Origin: Tubulanus polymorphus
Taxonomy: Eukaryota > Animalia > Nemertea
Reading direction: 5' to 3'
Assembly (NCBI RefSeq): GCF_964204645.1
Contig: NC_134031.1
Span: forward strand, 9,362,001-9,426,000
DNA: 64,000 bases
Both the position numbers and the translations under genes were made by a program. Below are positions 60,637 through 64,000 of this stretch, piece after piece (position 1 is the stretch's first letter; each line of letters starts with the position of its first letter). Below the pieces are notes generated by a model. The model was not told where the DNA came from. It made no database searches and saw only the letters and a program-made list of their open reading frames with translations.

Positions 60637-62100
60637 GGACAACACTCGTCCTAATGATCCTTATCCAGGGATCATTGGCGACTGACACCGTAATACGGCC
60701 AGGATATGGCATTTTATTTCAAGAAATCGGTGTGGTGGTCAACGCCACAAGCACGTCGAAGCATACTTTTGTGGTCCCTATTTTACAATTACCCAAATAT
60801 AAGGCTTTGATCCAGGACTGCGATTTTCATAAAAGCGGAGATGAATTTTGATAAGTTGGTAGTGAATTGATGGCCTCTATAAGGAACCACTGTAATTGAT
60901 TGGTTGGCCAGATCGTCAAAGGTATTAATACCTAGGAGATCTGATTTCAGTTACTATAATAAAAGCAGAAAGTCAAAACGCCCGAAAGGAGCCTTAGCCA
61001 CATTCATGGGAAAGTTCAAGGAGAACCTCTTCGGTCGTGTGACTGATGAGGATCTTGCTATGCTCTCAAAACACATCACTGATGTGGTAAACAAGGCGAA
61101 ATTGAATACTAAACAAATAAAAACTATTTCAGATGAGCTAACATCGTATTTGTCATCTGCCAATGCTCGCATAACCAATGTCATTGAGGGGGTTAAGAAT
61201 AATTTTTAGGATTATGGATCAGTTGGTGAATGATGTTGCGGCTAATTTTCAGAAAAAAAGTTATTATAATTCAGCCAAAACGAAAAACTTGAATAATTAG
61301 ATTATCGAAAACTCAGGAAATAGTGTTAATATGAATAACAGTTTCTTCCCCCACAACATTTTGATCTCCAAATTTCTCGCTTCTCTTTTCCCCCTGTTAT
61401 ATTAATTCCCTCCATTGTTTGCCTTGAACATCGCTTGCTTGTTTCCACTCACTCACTGATTATCGCCTTTCATGTTCCTTCTCTTTGTTTTCATCTGATA
61501 ACCCCTTAGCTTGTCCTCACGTTTTAATCACTTTAGTTTGTGTCTTTATTTTAATCATTATTTTAATCTATATTGTCTCTAGTTTGCCCTTGCTTACTAT
61601 TTTTTTCCAGCTGTTATGTCATTACTTTAATCTATTCCCTTTTTAATATTTTAATCACTCACTCTTGTTTCTATTGTTTTGGTTTTGTATAGATATCTTG
61701 TTATATTCTCGTGTTCTCAGTATGCCTGATGATGGCTAATAGTCTCTACCCGAAACGTTGCGCAAAAATATATATACTCATCTACTCAGTTTTTCGTTGT
61801 GGCTGAATTTATTGTGGGATTTCTCTCAATATCCCATTATCCTCAACCAACGCATTCTTGGCTTGTACAACGTGATTGCTTTTCCTGTCCCTTGTAATTT
61901 TTTGACGACTCGCAGTACATTAATAACTGGGTTGCCCGATGGCCAGTTTTATACCGACTGCGATGTCGATGAAATCGTTAAATATTCCTAGCTGCGCATT
62001 GGCAATTCATAGAGACGAGCCTAAATTAGTGTCGCAATTGTGTTATATCAGGTTCTATCCGACGTCTGCACTGTTCGTAGCAGCTGTGGAAGTTAAAGAT
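60637..62100 (+). pseudogene. Envelope (errantivirus/baculovirus F-like class I fusion protein) remnant
   Basis: Signal-like TTLVLMILIQGSLA; GYGILF...HTFVVP; RPKG/ALATFMGKFKENLFGRVTDEDL (degenerate furin site plus fusion peptide); heptad repeat; later LYNVIAFPVP and SCALAIHRD...LC. Confidence 0.72.
61720..61765 (+). ncRNA. Degenerate minimal hammerhead ribozyme motif in a Penelope-like fragment (~61340-61850)
   Basis: TGC-CTGATGA-TGG...CCC-GAAACGTT-GCG: hammerhead core boxes with a palindromic ACGT helix III; stems are weak. Confidence 0.5.
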
Positions 62101-63569
62101 AACTTGAAACCGGTTCAAGCAATTAACTCATTTCCTGCCAAAACCGTACTGGTACAGTCGTCTTGCTTTTTAGGCCAGCCGTAGGCTGAGCCTATTACTA
62201 TACAAATGGAGCGAATTTAAATGACATGGTTTCCACACAAAAGGCTCTTTTGCTTGCCGAGTGAGGGCATATTCGAACAAATCACGTATTTAAGCGTAAT
62301 CCATTCTCGGAATCGTAGCGAGCAGAATTTTGAAATAGGGTCTCATAAAAATGTTTTCTGCATTTTTCACGAAAGTTAAATCGGGAAAATTTCAATTTTT
62401 ATCAGCCAATCAGGAAGTTGTGTCTTCCCTGTGATTGGTTTATCTGAAAATATCAGCAGCTGTTCACGTGAATTATCGCGATTTCATTACTGGCGCTTTT
62501 GCGCATGACGTCATGTATCAACACGCGACAATACTTCCGCGTTCGCTATGTGTTCGCTGATTGGCCCATTTACTGGGAAATTCCACAGAAGCCTAATGTG
62601 GTTTGTTACAAGCGCTGTGATTGGCCCGACCCGATTCTGGCATGGCTTTAGCTTAGTGGGTTCGAATCCCTTGACGGGTGAAGATGATGGATCCTATCAA
62701 TATCTATTGAAACAAATATACCGGAAGTGTTCCGGTTTGATATTTCGAGGTTTCTTTGAATTTTGGAGTGATATTGAAATCCGGTAAATACGGCAGCGGT
62801 AGATTGTGAAAACCCATTGCATGATATTTGTATTACTTAATCAACGAAAAGCGTCGGGGCTGCGCCAGGAGTTTTCGTGATTCAAGTAGCGCAATAGCCT
62901 ACTTCTTCGTGTTCGTCCACCTCAATTTTCACTCCGCCGATCTCTGACACGGCTCTGTCCCCGTCGGCGCTGTGATTGCACTTTCGTACCACCAAAATTT
63001 TTATATCTATATCAGGGAGGTCTGGAGAATAAAAAAGTCAAAATTTGGATATCACATAGGCCTGATTTCATCGGTTTAGTCGACCATGGTCGTTACGTTT
63101 CCGTACTTATTACCACCTAAAACCGTCTGAACAATTTTGTCACAACCAACATTTCGTTTACAGAAATCAGGTGTTCACGTGAATCCGCGGTATCGTCTAC
63201 TGTACTGTTTTACTTCCAGGTTTTATTTTAAGATTTAAAATTGTATTTCAAGATCGATTTCTATGAAGTCTTTAGTTGATTTGGTGTTTGGGAGGAATTT
63301 TTATTTGCTCTACAGAAAATTCATCCTTGACAATTGCGCAAGGTTCGCGAAAAAAAGGTTTTACCAAATCGGGTGTATGACCTTGATATGCTAATTAGCC
63401 ATGTGCCCGAATTGCAAATTCAATCAAATTTTATTCTGCCAAAAAATGTTAAATACAATTCGCTTTCCGAGAGTTAATGGTATGCTGCATGGAACAAAGT
63501 TGTTTTGAGATGGGTCTTGAAGCTATTGAGGTCGAGAGATAACCATCTCGATAGTTCGTGAGAGTTCCA

Positions 63570-64000
63570 AAGTTTTGAAGACGCTTCAAGGTAATGTCTT
63601 GATATTTGTTTTATACGTGTATCTACCCTAGACACATCTTCAGGCCAAAAACTGGCTCAAGATGGCCGTACTGTGACCTTTTTTGTTCCCAAAAATGTCA
63701 ATTTTGGCCTGAATTCTGAGTACTGTAGCTTTCTAATGGTGCGCCATGTTTCATTGCAATTTGTAATGGGTATTCTTTGGAAAGGGATCTTTTATATCCG
63801 AGAGGGTATTTTTTACCAGGCAATTATGACGCACTTGGCAGCCATCTTGAGGTCATCAGTACTCATTCGTTGGTGGAAAAAAAGTTTTTCCACATCATAA
63901 TTGATACTTAAGCATATTTTGCTACTATAATCAATTGGAAAGTTGTAGCTCATGACATGTTCTATGATCGAGGTGAGTTTCAAGCTCATTAGTTTTTTTT
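63570..64000 (+). mobile_element. HINE/Helentron-type element copy (partial)
   Basis: Matches the internal sequence of the 32488 family. Confidence 0.75.

Larger units (their letters stand above)
56295..62160 (+). mobile_element. Decayed Ty3/Gypsy element with chromodomain integrase and env-like gene, fragmented by later insertions
   Basis: Pol linker QMEDDDFHPMINY...PDYYLDENG (~56575-56700); WVKSCEDC, SAYHPQVDGLGERRNK and STGYSPFELIYSR (59420-59940); chromodomain YTVEKILKSR...FLVKWKDY (60430-60510); env fragments 60637-61330 and 61860-62100. Confidence 0.8.

Noticed and set aside
58917-62250. LTR pair (58917-59005 / 62167-62250) flanking the Gypsy integrase-env
   Set aside because: The repeats are short and diverged with TTTTAGGCCAGCC starts resembling Helentron-type ends, and pol remnants extend upstream of the first copy.

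Overview
This is TE-dense animal genomic DNA, probably from a marine invertebrate (inferred from spliced MED24 exons and the TE repertoire). Positions 1-11710 hold the PolB-proximal part of an endogenous Maverick/Polinton (adintovirus-like) virus on the minus strand. It carries a protein-primed PolB, a putative SSB, penton, several small membrane proteins, a double-jelly-roll major capsid protein and a ~415-bp fold-back terminus. A second, internally deleted copy of the same family (~16915-19845, + strand) supplies the integrase, the A32-like packaging ATPase and the opposite terminus. A solo SSB-like gene from a related family sits at 33482-33809. The most striking signal is that nearly every viral gene starts at TAAATG, preceded by a T-tract for most capsid/membrane genes and an A-tract for PolB/SSB. 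This matches poxvirus late/intermediate promoter grammar and suggests a virophage-like dependence on a cytoplasmic large DNA virus. The rest of the window contains satellites, Helentron-type elements with CTCF-like motifs, nested MITEs, two LINE remnants, a pogo transposon, a decayed env-bearing Gypsy element, a degenerate hammerhead motif, and three coding exons of host MED24. All family assignments come from motif recognition by eye; no database searches were run.
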